Shown: piece by piece, positions 25,901 to 39,086 of the stretch | How the letters are laid out: the number at the start of each line of letters is the position of its first letter | Numbering within the stretch: position 1 is the first letter of the stretch | Assembly (NCBI RefSeq): GCF_018977255.1 | Contig: NW_024704743.1 | Coordinates: forward strand, 17,548,001-17,612,000 | From: Callorhinchus milii | Lineage: Eukaryota | Direction of reading: 5' to 3' | Length of the DNA stretch: 64,000 bases | Notes under the pieces: model-generated | Told to the model about the DNA's origin: nothing | Databases searched by the model: none | What the model saw: the letters and a program-made list of their open reading frames with translations, nothing else | Program-made: the position numbers and the translations under genes

Positions 25901-26612
25901 GTGAGGTGGAGCGTGCATCCGTGGATGCTGATACTGCCAGTGTCTGAGGTGCAGAAACGCTGGCGGGAGCCAATCAGGAGAGCCTCGGCTTTGCTGACGT
26001 TCAACTGTAGAAAGTTGGCTCTCATCCAGGACTTGATGTCTGACAGGCATTCTATCAGGACAGCAGTGGTCCTGGAGTTGAGGGTGGAGCATTGCCCGAC
26101 TCCACCACTGCTTCATCCCTCAGGCCACCAAAACCCTCAAAGATGCCTTCAATACATCCAGGCTCGACTATGCCAATGGCCTGCTTTTCGGCCTTCCCAA
26201 CTCTTTCCCCCCAACAAGCTACAGATCGTCCAGAACTCTGTAGCTTGTGTCCTCTCCCACACCAGGCTCCGTGACCCCATCACACCCACCCCCGCCCGAC
26301 TCTACTGGCTTCCCATCCCTCAGAGGGTCAATTTAAAAAATGCTCATACTCATCTTCAAGGCCCTCCATTTGTCTTGCACCCTCCTCCCTTATCAACCAA
26401 TCTGCTCCCTCCGCTCAAAAGGCTCTGGCCTGCTCCATGTCCCCCGCCTGGCCCCCCACCACCATCGGCGGTCAAGCTTTCATTCTCTCTGCCTCACTCT
26501 CTGGAACTCTATCCCACATTCCCTTCACCTCGCTCCCTCCCTCACCTCCTTCAGTGCACACCTCAAGACCCTCCTCTTCGACCGTGCCTTCGGCTACCCT
26601 CTCTGCCCAGTA
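22990..26612 (+). mobile_element. Long decayed L2 LINE (APE endonuclease plus RT) with SINE insertion and inverted segment
   Basis: LQNVRSLSNKAL...DILALTEIW near 23670, HVHGHPLDLVIT, RT motifs; 25800-26089 inverted; 5' boundary uncertain. Confidence 0.88.
25475..25800 (+). mobile_element. Young full-length SINE
   Basis: Near-identical to the 5517 copy. Confidence 0.93.
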
Positions 26613-26852
26613 TTAACAAAAATAACTACTGTATATTATTTCCCAAATTTATACTTATGAAGAAAAACTTTGCTAAATGCCAATTCCAAATGTTATTTGA
26701 ATTGTAGAACATATATATGCAAATTTGGTTGGAGGTCTCATATTAAAAATTGCTTCTTTTAAGAAACTTTTGTAAATGTTGTTTATCTTTCTACTGTAAT
26801 TCCAAATTAATTTGAACAATCAAGCTTTTATGTGATCTTAATGTTATTTTAG

Positions 26853-26920
26853 ATGTAAAAATTTACATTGCAAGAAAGAAAGTGGCATCTGGAGCAAAAC
26901 CTGCCAGTGCTGTCAAGGGG
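26853..26920 (+). CDS. DBF4: DBF4 coding exon 6 (DVKIYIARKKVASGAKPASAVKG)
   Basis: ttttag| ... |gtaaga, 68 nt, phase 1 to 0. Confidence 0.85.
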
Positions 26921-27377
26921 GTAAGAATATTTTTCATTGAACTACATGACAACATTGTACATCATTTTTTTACGTCTGCCGATGGTGCAATCAACCAAAA
27001 ATTGGGATGGAGTTTAATAATACAATATAATATCTGCTGCTTCTTGTGGAAAATTGAAAATGTAGTACTTGCTTGTTTTCAATCAGTTTACCCAATAATG
27101 GAAATACTGGAAAATTGCACCCACGGGAACATATAATGATGCTATTTAAACGGTTAATTTTGAAGCAACTGAAAAATAGCAAATTATGGTTGTAATCTAT
27201 TCTTAAATATTGTAAGTAATTTTTTTAAATTATGTTTTTAATATAATGGGTATAGTTTCAGTTTAGTGATTCAATGCATTGGACTGCCCTACAAGTAATA
27301 AATAATTTTAGAAAGACTATTAAACAGTTGCCTTGTTTAGGAGAATAAATGTAATAAACATTTTCTCTCTGGCTTAG

Positions 27378-27423
27378 GAGAACTGCAATCAAACTGCCCA
27401 AGCTACCAGATATAGAACAAAGG
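27378..27423 (+). CDS. DBF4: DBF4 coding exon 7 (ENCNQTAQATRYRTK)
   Basis: ggcttag| ... |gtaagc, 46 nt; phase 0 to 1 is required to join exons 6 and 8; weak sequence conservation. Confidence 0.75.
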
Positions 27424-27889
27424 GTAAGCATGTTATAGTATTGCATTTGGAATCTTATTGTTCTGGAATAAACAAGCATCTGTATTTTGATCTTGTTATA
27501 ATACTTAAAACTAATTATTTCAGACAATTCTTTTTCCGTTAGTGGTGGAGCACTGCTTTGTCAGAAGTGCTGTCCTTTGGATGAAACTTTAAGGTGCTCT
27601 GCCTGTTCAGGTGGACGTTAAAGATCTCATGATACGATTCAAAAGGAGGTGTCTCCCGATAAAATTGGTCTTTCACTCCATGGCTATATGGGATATTGCT
27701 GTACCAAATTCGTTAGCATGTTTGCTTACAAAAATATACAGTCATTGCACTCTATAGTAAAATCCTGTAATGTTGTTTAGATATTTTGACAAAGTGATAA
27801 GGCACTATATCAAATGCAACAATTATGTTTATTATTAAAGTAAATTTGAAAAGTTTCATTCTGATGCATGTTAGAACCCACCTAACATG

Positions 27890-30800
27890 ACCTAACCGAT
27901 GTGATGGTGGTGATGGTATGGCTCTCATCTCCAGGTCCCCACTTGGCCTATCCCCTTACTCCTCCGGAACCTTCCCGTTCTTTGAGCACCTTAACTTTCG
28001 TCATCCCTCCAACTTTTCCCTCAAATTTCTCCTTATTTACCACCCCCCCACACCCTCCCCCACTTCCTCTCTGACATCTCCATTCTTCTAGCTTCTCTCT
28101 GTTCTGAACACCTCCTCATCCTAGGCGACTTCAACCTGCACTTCACCCCCTTCTGCACTGTAGGAGTCCTGTAGTTCAGTGGATAGGGCACTCGCCTCGC
28201 AAGCGAGAGACCTGGGTTTGATTCCCGGCAGGATGAGACCTTGGGCAAGTTTCCTTATTTCACAGACCTGATAATAATCCCTCAAGAAAGAAAAAAAACA
28301 ATAATAATTTGGCCACTCAATCCACGACTGTTTGTGGGACACTGCTGTGCGCAATTGGCTGCCGCGTTTTGCCCACAAAATATTACGTCAATTCATTTTA
28401 CAGTATATTCTGTGAAGCGTTTGAGACGTCTAGAAGACGTGAAAAGCGCTATATCAAATCGAAGGATTATTATTATTTTCTCCGCTGACGTCTCTCCTCT
28501 CACAACCTCTCCCTCCACATCCACTTTGCTACCCATGGCTACCCGCTTGATCTGGTGACTACTCAGGGCCTCAGTGTTTCTGACCTCACCATCACCAACA
28601 AAAACCATCGTGGACCACTAATTCTTGACCTTAACTCCTCAATCTCTCGCCCCAATACCCAACCCACCACCATTTCCTACCGCCCCTGGAAAAAAATCTC
28701 CCCGCAATCCCTCCGTTGCCCTGGAGTCATCTGAACTCCTCCCTCTCTGGGCTTTCTTCTGCACCAACGTATCCTCAGTCACTGTCCTCTCTACCACTCT
28801 TGATGCCCTTGCCGCCTCCCTCACCACCTCCTATTCACCCAATTCATCCTGATACACCAGCCACCTCCACTCCCTTAAGGCACACACCTGGCTCAAATCC
28901 AATTTAAAGATCCATCGGCAGATCTGGCTGGACCACAACTTACCTCTCCGCCCTTGCCTTCGCTAAATCATCCTTCTATTCCAAGGCAATCTTGGGGGCT
29001 GACAACTCCAGGTTCCTCTTCTCCACCACCAATTGACTCCTCTGCCCACCCTCTCAGCCTCGCCCATCCTCTCCTCCAGCTCCAACTGCAAAGAGATGCT
29101 AGACTTCCTCGAGACCAAAATCGAAGGGATCCACTCAGCTGCCTCTACCCTTCCAACTGCTAACCTTTCCCCACCACCCCCTTCCCCTCACACTCCGGCC
29201 CCTACCCATCCCTCCCTCCACACCTTAGAACTTGTCTATCCTTCCTCTCACCACCATTGTGATACATATGAAACCCACCACCTGCTCCCTTGACCCCATC
29301 CCAACCCCTCTCATTACCTCCCAGCTCCACCTCCTTGCCCCTCTACTCACAGGTATCATCAATCTCTCCTTGTCTACTGGCACCATTCCCACCCCCTTAA
29401 AAACAACCGTCATCACCCCCATCCTCAAAAAAGCTTTTCTGGACCCATCCCTGCTCTCCAATTACCACCCCATCTCCAACCTCTCCTTTTCAAGGTCCTG
29501 GAACGAATTGTTACTTCCCAGCTTCGCTCTTTCCTCTCTAGCCACTCCCTCTACAAACCCCTCTGGTACGGTTTCCGTCCTTCTACTCCAAGACAATCTT
29601 GGAGGCCAAGGACAACCCCAGGCTCCTCTTCTCTATCACCAACTGATAGCTCTGTTCACCCTCTCAAGCCTTGCCATGCTCTCCTCCAATGGCAACTGCA
29701 CGGAGATGCTGGACTTCCTCGAAACCAAAGTCAAGGGGATCTGCTCAGCTGCTTCTGCCCTCATGACCACTATCCAATCTCCCCCTCACACCCCGGCCCC
29801 TCTCCATCCTCCCTCCACATCTTCAAACAAATCTGTCTTCCCCCTCCTCTCTCATCACCACCATAACTCACATGAAATCGACCACTTGCTCCCTCGACCC
29901 AATCCCTACCCCTCCCCTTATCTCCCAGCTCCACATCCTTGCCCTCCTGCTCACAGACATCATAAACCTGTCCACTGGTACCATTCCCACCCCTCTAAAA
30001 ACAGCCGTCATCACTCCTGTCCTTAAAGAACCCTCCTTGGACCCATCCTTGCTCTCAATCAATCACCCTATCTCAAACCTTCCTTTCCTTTCCAAGGTCC
30101 TGGAATGAGTCATTACTTCCCAGCTTTGTTTCTTCCTCTCCTGCCACTCCCTTCAAGAACCCCTCCACAGCACGGAAACAGCTTTGGTCAAAGTCACATT
30201 TTGTCCATCTGCAAGCAGGGCTCCCTCTGCCTTCTTGTTCTTCTTGATCTCTCTGCTGCCTTCAATACCGTTGACCACTCTATCCTCCTCCACCACCTCT
30301 CCTCAACCTTCATGATTCTGTCCATGAATGGTTCAGATCCTACCTCTCGCACCATCTCCACAAACGGCTTCTCCTCTTGCCCCCGCACCATCTCATGCGG
30401 TGTTCCTCAGGGCTCTGTCCTTGGTCCCCTCCTCTTCAATATCTATATGCTCCCTCTTGGTGACATCATCCGCAAAATGGGATCAACTTCCACATATATG
30501 CGGATGACACCCAACTCTATCTCTGCCTCCACCCTCGACTCCAGGACCAATGCTATCCTGACAGAATGTCTGCCAGACATAAAGCCCTGTATGAGAGCTA
30601 ACTTTCTACAGTTGTTTGTGAACAAGACCGAGACTCTCCTGATTGGTTCCCATCAGCGCTTCCTCACCTCAGGCACTGACAGATCACCATCCACAGATGT
30701 ACACTCCACCTCACTGAACCAGTCCGGAACCTTGGCGTCTTGTTTGACCCTCAACTATCCATTCTACCCCACATCAGTGCCATATCTCGCTCTGCCTTCC

Positions 30801-31360
30801 CCCACTCTGGAACATCGCCCGGTTCCGCCACTGTCTCAGACGCAGGCTGCCAAGACGCTCATACACGCATTCATAACATCCAAGCTCCCTGCTTGTCAGC
30901 CTCTCCAACTCCTCCCTCCACAGGCTGCAGATCATCCAGAACTCTGCAGCCCGTGTCCTCTCCCGCACCACGCTCCGCAACCCTACCACCCCATCACACA
31001 GAGGATACAGTTCAAATCCTGGTCCTCACCTTCAAAACCCTCCATGGCCTTACTCCACCTTACCTCTGCAACCTTCTAACCCGCTACCAACTTGCCCTCT
31101 CCCTCCGCTCAGTGGGCTTCGGCCTGCTTCACGTCCCCTGTCTTCCTGCAGCCCCTCTGCCTTGCCTCCTCCCTTGCCTCCTTCAAGACATGTCTCAAGG
31201 CTCTCCTCTTCAACCTTGCCTTCAGTCGATCTCCTTCCTCCCTGCCCTCCACCTGCCCCGATCCTGACCCCCAGCTCGGGTCTGAAACACTGATTGTCCA
31301 GCGCCTTGGGACGACCTTCCGATGTGAAAGGCGCTATACAAGTGTCATTTTGTTGTCGTC
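27890..31360 (+). mobile_element. Decayed L2 LINE with internal repeated segment; SINE inserted at 28163-28477
   Basis: [29 protein letters not shown]; hairpin tail at about 31298-31358. Confidence 0.9.
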
Positions 31361-31675
31361 GAGTTTGGAATTTAAGGCTAGATCAATAGAACTTTTTAAA
31401 TGGGAACTGGATCAACACTCGAGTAGTATAAACATTGAGGGATATGAGGAAATGGATGAAAAGTGGAAATAATAGAAAAAATAGTGATTTAGGAAAACAA
31501 ACAGCAGTGGCACGGATACCATGGGCCTCTTTACTCCGTTTCTGTGCAAAAAACAATCTGTTTTCATTAGCTACATTTACTGCTGTTGCTCTATGTGCAA
31601 CTTTTATAGATGTAATGTTGTTTATTTGGGTTTGTAATTTTAAATTACAATATCTAAAGTGTATTTCTTTTAAAG

Positions 31676-31721
31676 CAGGAAGACTGAAGAAGCCTTTTAT
31701 CAAAGTTGAAGATATAACTCG
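31676..31721 (+). CDS. DBF4: DBF4 coding exon 8, motif M start (AGRLKKPFIKVEDIT)
   Basis: aag|cag tandem acceptor, |gtaagc donor; LKKPFxKVED hallmark. Confidence 0.95.
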
Positions 31722-32459
31722 GTAAGCTAATTGCATAACAATACCGTACAATAATGATCCTTACATTTGGTATAGCGTCTTTCGTGAAGCAGGACTTCTC
31801 AAAGCGCTTCAGAGGATATTTTCTAAACGGTGTTTTGTGGGCGAACATGGCAGCCAATTAGCGCACAGCAATGTTCCACAAACAGCCATATCCCACCAAC
31901 AGCCATGAAGTGAATGACCAATTGCACCTGGGAGATTGTTGATCAGGACACCAGAGAAACTCCCTTTTTTTTTCGAATAGCGCCATGGAATCTTTAATGT
32001 CCACCTAATCTGGGACTGGGTTTAACATCTCATCCAAAAGACAGCATCTCCACCAATGCAATACATTCCTATCACTGCATTGGAGCATCAACCTAGGCTA
32101 TATGAGTTTCAAACCCAATGTGGGGCTTGAACCCACCAATCTTCTGACTCAGAAGTGAGTGTGCTGCCAGCTGACCTAGTCTGGTGCACAATATTATGCT
32201 CAGCAACTGATTTGGATAGTGTAATCCCTAAGTAAAAGTTGAAGGTTTTTGTTTAGTGAATTGAATTTAAAAATTAGTTTTATAATTAAGGTTACAATAC
32301 TTGCTAACTAGAATAATATTTAAAATACTTGTTTAATGTAAAAAAGGCAAATATTCAGCCTGATAAATTCTGTTTTTTCTGTGCCCCATAAAATCATCTC
32401 TGGTCGATTCTGTACCATTGGTCAATAACTGATGCATTTTATGTTATTTAACCGAAGCA

Positions 32460-33050
32460 GCAGTAACCCTCATCCACACCTTCGTCACTTCCTGGCTGGA
32501 CTTTTCCAATGCCCTCCTCGCTGGTCTCTCCAGCTCCACCATACACGTAATTGAAATAATTCAAAACTCCGCCGCCTGGATATTCACCCACACAAAACTC
32601 CATACCTCCATCACATCAGTACTTGCCAGGCTCCACTGGCTCCCAATTACCGAACGTATGGATTTCAAGATCCTCTCACTCGTTTTCAAATCCCTTCATG
32701 CCCTCACACCTCCCTACCTATCCGATTTGTTTTCCCCCCATTCCACCACACGCTGCCTCCGCTCAGCTGAATCCGGCCTCCTGTTTGTCCCTCGTCCCTC
32801 CGCTCCACCATCGGTGCCTTGCCTTCAGCCACTATGCTCCAAAACTCTGGAACTCTCTCCCTGAATCCCGCCGAATTGCCTCCTCACTCCCCACTATCAA
32901 ATCACCTAAAGACCTTCCTTTTTGATCATGCTTACACTTCCTTCCCCCCTCCCTCTCCCCCTGGCTCGGGGGTCAGTCTCTGCCACTGTCAAGCACTCCG
33001 GGACACTACCCCACGTTATGGGTGCAATATAAATGCAAGTTGTTGTTGTT
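32460..33050 (+). mobile_element. L2 3' fragment of a second subfamily (tail ...atataaatgcaagttgttg)
   Basis: RLHWLPITERMDFKIL; same tail type near 15345-15410, 35420-35472 and 38555-39085(-). Confidence 0.85.
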
Positions 33051-33221
33051 TAATATGTCCATTATTGCAGTGGGTCTCTGACATAATCTGATTCATATTG
33101 CAACATACAGATTAACTTGGGAAGGAAGTATGACGGGTTTTGCTTTGACACGCCATTTCTAATGGCAAGATGCTTTTGATTCTTATTGAATTAAGTGTCA
33201 ATTAAAATGTGTTTTATGCAG

Positions 33222-33353
33222 CTATTACAGACCATTCTACCACCAGTTTGATTGCTATCCAGAGATCAACTACCATGGTCCAAATCCTTGCAGCCCTTTT
33301 GATGTTGAAAAGAAAAACAAAAGTGGTGATAAGCAAAATAAAGGAAAAACTAG
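33222..33353 (+). CDS. DBF4: DBF4 coding exon 9, motif M (YYRPFYHQFDCYPEINY...PCSPFD)
   Basis: atgcag| ... |gtagat, 132 nt, phase 2 to 2. Confidence 0.95.
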
Positions 33354-33476
33354 GTAGATTTTGTTATTTTCATTTACAAAGAATTTCTTGTGGAGAATAA
33401 ATGCATAATTCTATAACATATGTTTTCTTATCTTAGTTTTAATATTTGCAAGTTTTCTGTTTTCCTACATAAGCAG

Positions 33477-33609
33477 AAGTAAACACCATGAAATGTCTTG
33501 CAGTGAAAAGAATCGCAGAATGGAAAGAAAAATCATGGAAACTTTAAAAGAGAAAAAAAAAAGGGGTTACTGTGAATGCTGCACAGTGAAATACGACGAC
33601 TTAAAAGCT
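33477..33609 (+). CDS. DBF4: DBF4 coding exon 10, motif C zinc finger (KEKKKRGYCECCTVKYDDLKA)
   Basis: aag-cag-aag acceptor cluster, |gtaagt donor; GYCECC hallmark. Confidence 0.95.
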
Positions 33610-34370
33610 GTAAGTGTTGACAACTAATTTTGAGTAGAGAACCTCTGAATAACTTATGTTAATAGCATTGCTGCACTTGCCAGTAATCTGTTTATATTCA
33701 CCTTGTATCTTGAAAAAATTACCAGAAATGGTAAAAAATCTGAAAAAGCATTTGCATGACTGGTCTAAATTAATCAAATTGATCATCTCTGAACAAGTAG
33801 TGTCTGACACAGTTCATTAACACAAATGGTGTTGGCCCACAATTTCTCATGGTGTTGACCTGAAGAGAAGACATTTGCCTTGCAATTTAAGATTTTACAG
33901 AATTTGGAAAGTTTGGGTTATTTAATTATTTATTATTAAGAAATGCAGAAAAATAGCTTTCAATCTAAACCGAAAACAGCAAGTTAATGGACAGTGAAGG
34001 ATTTGCACTTGAGTTGGAGGTTGGAATCAGGAGAGATTAAATGAGACAGACTAGCCAAGGATGAAAATAAAATCTTTATTATATCAATGAACTTTATTTT
34101 GTGTGAAAATATACCTTGCACCGTCTTCTGTACAACCTCAAATTTACGATTTGATTTGAAAATAATTTGGATAATTGTGATTTGTACAGACAATGTAAGT
34201 GCACATCCCATCTGAGTACTTTCATGGTTATTACTATAGCAGAATTTTCCCTTCCCTTTTCAGTTTTCTGAAATACTGTATTCCCAAGGCTGATTTGATC
34301 TGATTTTGTTTGAGTAGAATTAGGAGTTTGCTTGTGAAGTATTTTATTTTCTCATGTTTTGTCTTTTTAG

Positions 34371-34489
34371 CACCTGAAAAGTGAACAACATAAAACGTTT
34401 TCACAGAGTACGGAGTTTAATGTTGTGGATCAAATCACTTCACAATTTGACTGTGACTTTGAGGAATTCCCAAAAGTTAAAATGAAAAG
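34371..34489 (+). CDS. DBF4: DBF4 coding exon 11 (HLKSEQHKTFSQSTEFNVVDQITSQFDCDFEEF...)
   Basis: tttttag| ... |gtaata, 119 nt; supplies the two His ligands of the zinc finger. Confidence 0.95.
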
Positions 34490-35937
34490 GTAATACTTGA
34501 AAAGATTGTACACTTTAAGGTATTCTTCAGTTCTCCAGTGCTTAAAGGCATTCATGACTGTATATGATACTTTGCTGTGTATAAAATGGCTGACTGTTGT
34601 AGTGTGAGGTCATACAGAATAACGATACAGGTGTAAAGTGCTTAGAGATATTTTGACATGAGTCAATATATCAAAATGCAAGTATTGTTGCAATGTTTGC
34701 AACAAATAAATGAGGAAAAGATACGCTGAGAAGTAACAGGGTCACTCTGGCCCCACAAAGTCAAAATAAATCGGTCCTTAAGCAGGTATTGCTGTTATAT
34801 TACATGAAAAGAAAAACTAGGTGACAAAATTCAAATCTTTAACATGATGCTCCTCATAAAGCATGCACCACATATCTGACCATAACCTCATTTGATGAAG
34901 ATATGGCCAGCAGATAATATTCAGCATCCATGGAATTGCCAGTGTGGGGGTCTTCAGCCAATACAAATAGAAGAGCATTTTGGCACCAATAAAGATAGGA
35001 TTGAGATGATTTTGCTTCTTTAACAGATTTAGGATTAGTACCTAACAGATTAATGCCTCCGGATTAGGGAGGTGATATCTGCACCAATTTGCAAAAGAGA
35101 TAAATTGCTCATCATTAATAACCAGTGCAGATATAGTCAGAGTATCTCAAAAGTACCAACTGTCTGTACGTCTACTCCCTCCTCTACTATGATCTACATT
35201 GGAGCATCTGAACCTGGTCGGGGGCCATTGCTCCCAATTAGCCTGACCACTGCTCTGGAGCCTGGGCAGGCACTTATGTTGTGATAACCAGAACTTTATG
35301 CAGTATCAGTATATTCCATTAAAACTGTCTGGCTTTTAAAATTCTGTGGTACGTAACATAATCAACCACTTTTAATTTTTTTTAATTAACCGGATGTCTG
35401 GCGCATGCATAAACCCTCTACCTCTGGGATGCCACCCTGCGTGAGGGGTGCTATATAAATGCAAGTTGTTGTTTTTACTTTGCTTAAGAGGTTCCAAACG
35501 AACAGAATTCCCCATTTGTATGCCCCCTATAAATGGAACGTTTGTATGTTTTAAAGTTCAGTTAATTGTATTAACTACTTAATTAATATATTTCAAAGAT
35601 AGCATGTGTTGCTAATAATGCTGAAAAGCTATCTATTTGCAAGTACTTTCAATAAAAAAAACTCCTAACTTGTTTGTGAAATGATTCTGTATTTCATAAA
35701 CAATGTAACTGGTGGCATTTATAGACCTTTATTTTTTGTGCAAACTAATACATTCATTACTTTTTCACACCATCACTTTTAATGGACTTTCTATATTGAT
35801 GGTTTGAGTAACTTGTATTTTGAGGATTTAGATATGATTAACTGCACCCTTTTTCATGAACTTTTAAATTAATGTAAATAATTCATGAACTAAATGGAAA
35901 ATCCTCATGATCATAATGAATGTCTCTCTTTGTTTAG

Positions 35938-37105
35938 AGTGAAATGCAGTGTTGATGTAAACAATCAAGTTTTCACTGTTGCAGAAATGCATGAAGAATT
36001 TCAAAGATCCTATAAAGAATACGTGGCTGGAACAAGATCTGGAATAAGTTGGAGCCTAAAGAAAAATGAACTTGTAAGTGGATGGGAAAAGAAAACAAGT
36101 AATTTGACTGTCCAAGAAAAAGAAACTATATTCTCACGTACAAGTCAAACCAACTTAAATCTGCATTTATCCACACAAGGGCAACCCAGTATTTCTGACT
36201 TGGAAGTTAAATCATTTTCTGTTGATAGTAAGATTTGTGAAGAAGGTGCAGTAAATTCTGAGAATACAAGGAAGAACATAACTCCACACTCCAGTTGGTC
36301 TGTATGTCAAAGGCCGGAAGGAAGTTCTATAATTTCAAAGCTGTGTACATCAAGAAAATTGTGCTCCATCAGGACACTATCAGAAAAGGAAAAGTCTCAG
36401 TCTTTTACTGAAGAATCATCTCGTAAACTTCCATTTGATGATGATGTCCATGGATGTATGCTAAAGAAGGATACTAATATATGTTCTGGCAGTCGTGAAA
36501 GCGAATTAAGATTACAGACATTAGCAAAACATTATTTGCCGCAAAACCATAAGGAGATAGAAAGTCCGGCCCTTCATTTTTCAAAGAATTCCAGAATTGA
36601 TCCTACCTCATCTGCTCCAATTGAAGATACTTACGCTGGTTTGCAGATGGAATTAGATTTTGGCAAAGACAACCGACTAGAGCAAAGAGAAGAATTTGTA
36701 AATGAAATAGCCCCTCCATTACAATCTACTCCACAAAAACAAACTGAAGCGAGTTCTAATCCTAACACTGAAGACACTTCATTCTGTATGAAGCTACATA
36801 GGAGAGTAACATTTTCATCAGTGTATGGAAGAAATAAGAAAGCTCTGAAGGACAAAGTGGAGCTAAGGAAACTTGCCATAAAAAACAGAGAGACTGAAAA
36901 TGTTGCATCTCCAAGCTTGCCAATGAAAAAAATGTTGAAATTATTTCAAACCAGCGAAGAGAGTGGCTCAGAATTTGGGGGCTTTGCAGATCACTCTGCA
37001 CAAAAATTGTCAGAAACAGAAAGTGATCTGTGTCACAATCAGCCAGAGGATGTCATGTCACTCTTTGCCCAGACATCATCGTTATCATCTTTTCTTGGTT
37101 TTTAG
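35938..37105 (+). CDS. DBF4: DBF4 last coding exon (long C-terminal region ending ...SSFLGF*)
   Basis: gtttag| acceptor inside the 403-aa ORF; LFQTSEE..EFxGF and terminal FxGF typical of vertebrate DBF4/ASK; 12 exons sum to 2244 nt (747 aa plus stop). Confidence 0.95.
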
Positions 37106-37422
37106 TGCAATGTTTCAGTAACAATGTTTCTTTACATCAAGAGATTTTAGATCAAAGCCCTTGAGTCATGTACTGTTTGCTAAGGGGCTAGAATTTTAAC
37201 CCTCTTCCAGTTTTGACAGACATCTATCCAGTTCAGTTTTCTCATTTGGTCATTTTTATGTGGATTATAGAATAAGTTTGGGGAATGAAAAATAATTACT
37301 GTACAACCCACCACAATAGTCCAATTATACATTCCTCTATTTCGGCCTTATCCAGTGTTTTTGCAGGTGTGATTTATAACACAATTCTGATCCAATATTA
37401 TTGTAAACTACCAAGTGTTATC

Positions 37423-37551
37423 AATAAAATCCAACAGCAAAATCTTGTTCTTTTTAACTTCTGCTTTAATATAATTTTGCTTCACACAATCCAGAAATAT
37501 GTAAAACTTGCCAAATTCCTTAATTTCACTTAACAGTTAATGCGCAATAAA
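37423..37551 (+). terminator. Candidate DBF4 polyadenylation signals (AATAAA at 37423 and 37546)
   Basis: Two AATAAA hexamers in AT-rich unique sequence downstream of the stop. Confidence 0.4.
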
Positions 37552-38121
37552 TATGAATGATTCACCTCAATATCAGATTTTTAAAACAATCCTGTAAAGG
37601 TACAAGCCTATTCCTTAAATGGTTGTTTTCCTTCTTTGATAAAATCTGATTTTTAAATTATCTAATATTTAAATTGTCTATTAAGATGACATGATATAAC
37701 TGTAAGGATGAGTTGCATAACAACTGGAAGAAATAATTGCATGATGCCTGTGCCTATTCAAATGGATGTTAAGGATCCCATGGCACTATTCAAAAAGAGA
37801 AAGGAGTGGCTCCTGGCTTCCTGGCCAACAATCCCTCAAATAAAATTTGTTCACTGATGTCATGGCTGTGTATGGGACATTGCTGTGCAAAAATTTGCTA
37901 CCATTAAACTATAAAACACACAATCATTATACTGTACATGATTGTGAAGCACTTTAAGATGCCCTCCTAACACGGAAGTTGCTAAATCAAATGTAAGGAT
38001 AATTATTTATTATAGGGAGTGACTATACTAATGCTTCCTGTATATGGCAAGCATGCAACATGCAGGAAGTGGATGACTACCAACAAGTTGTCCATTTTTA
38101 GTGTGGAAAGTCAGCTAGTTC

Positions 38122-38440
38122 GGAGCCCTGTATAGCTCAGTGGTTAGAGCACTCGCTTTGCAAGTGAGAGACCTGAGTTCAATTCCAGGCAGAGGGCGAA
38201 ACCTTGGGCAAGTTTCCTTACTCCACACGCCTAATAATAATCCCTCCAAAATAAAAAACAATAATAAATTGGTCATTTTTAATTCATGACTGTTTGTGGG
38301 ACATTGCTGTGCGCAATTGGCTGCTGCGTTCGCCCACAAATATACAGTCAATTCACTTTACAGTGTGTTCTGTGAAGCGCTTTGGGACGTCCTCCCGACG
38401 TGAAAAGCGCTATATCAAATGCAAGGATTATTATTATTAT
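38122..38440 (+). mobile_element. Young full-length SINE
   Basis: Near-identical to the 5517 and 25475 copies. Confidence 0.93.
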
Positions 38441-38554
38441 AGTCAGTGCCAAAAGCTAGGTATGCTGCATTTCTAGTTAGCACTGGGCAGCAGTGCTGGA
38501 AGAAAAGCAGTGTTGTACCAAGCATAATCCTTGTATGTACAAACACAAAAAGTA

Positions 38555-39085
38555 CAACACATCTTGCATTTATATAGCACCCTGCACATGGGGTAGTGTC
38601 CTGGACCCCTTGACAGTGGCGGAGTCTGACTCCGAGCCAGGGTGAGAGGGAGTGGTAGGTGACCGTAAACATGATCAAATAGGAAGGTCTTCAGGCGGGA
38701 TTTGAAAGCAGGGAGGGAGGGAGGGGGCAAGGTGAATGGAGAGAATTCCAGAGGTTCGGGGCATAGTGGCTGAAGGCACGGCCACTGATGGTGGAGGGAC
38801 AAGGGACCAGAGGCAGTGGGTGGGGGAGTGGGGTGTAAGCAAATCGGATAGGTAGGGAGGTGCGAGGGCATGAAAGGATTTGAAAATGAGTGAGAGGATC
38901 TTGAAATCGATCCATTCAGCACTGTAATTGGTATGATGGGGTATGGAGTTTTGTGCTGGTGAGAATCCGGCCGGCGGAGTTCTGAATAAGTTGTATTTTG
39001 AGTATTGTGGAGCTGGGGAGGCCATCGAGGAGGGCATTGGAATAGTCCAGCCGAGAAGTGATGAAGGGGTGGACGAGGGTTTATG
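38555..39085 (-). mobile_element. L2 3' fragment, second subfamily
   Basis: WIDFKILSLIFKSFHALAPPYLSDLL. Confidence 0.85.
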
Positions 39086-39086
39086 T

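Noticed and set aside
35894..35937. ATG start of the 403-aa ORF as a standalone gene
   Set aside because: Intronic; the coding part begins at the acceptor before 35938 as the last DBF4 exon
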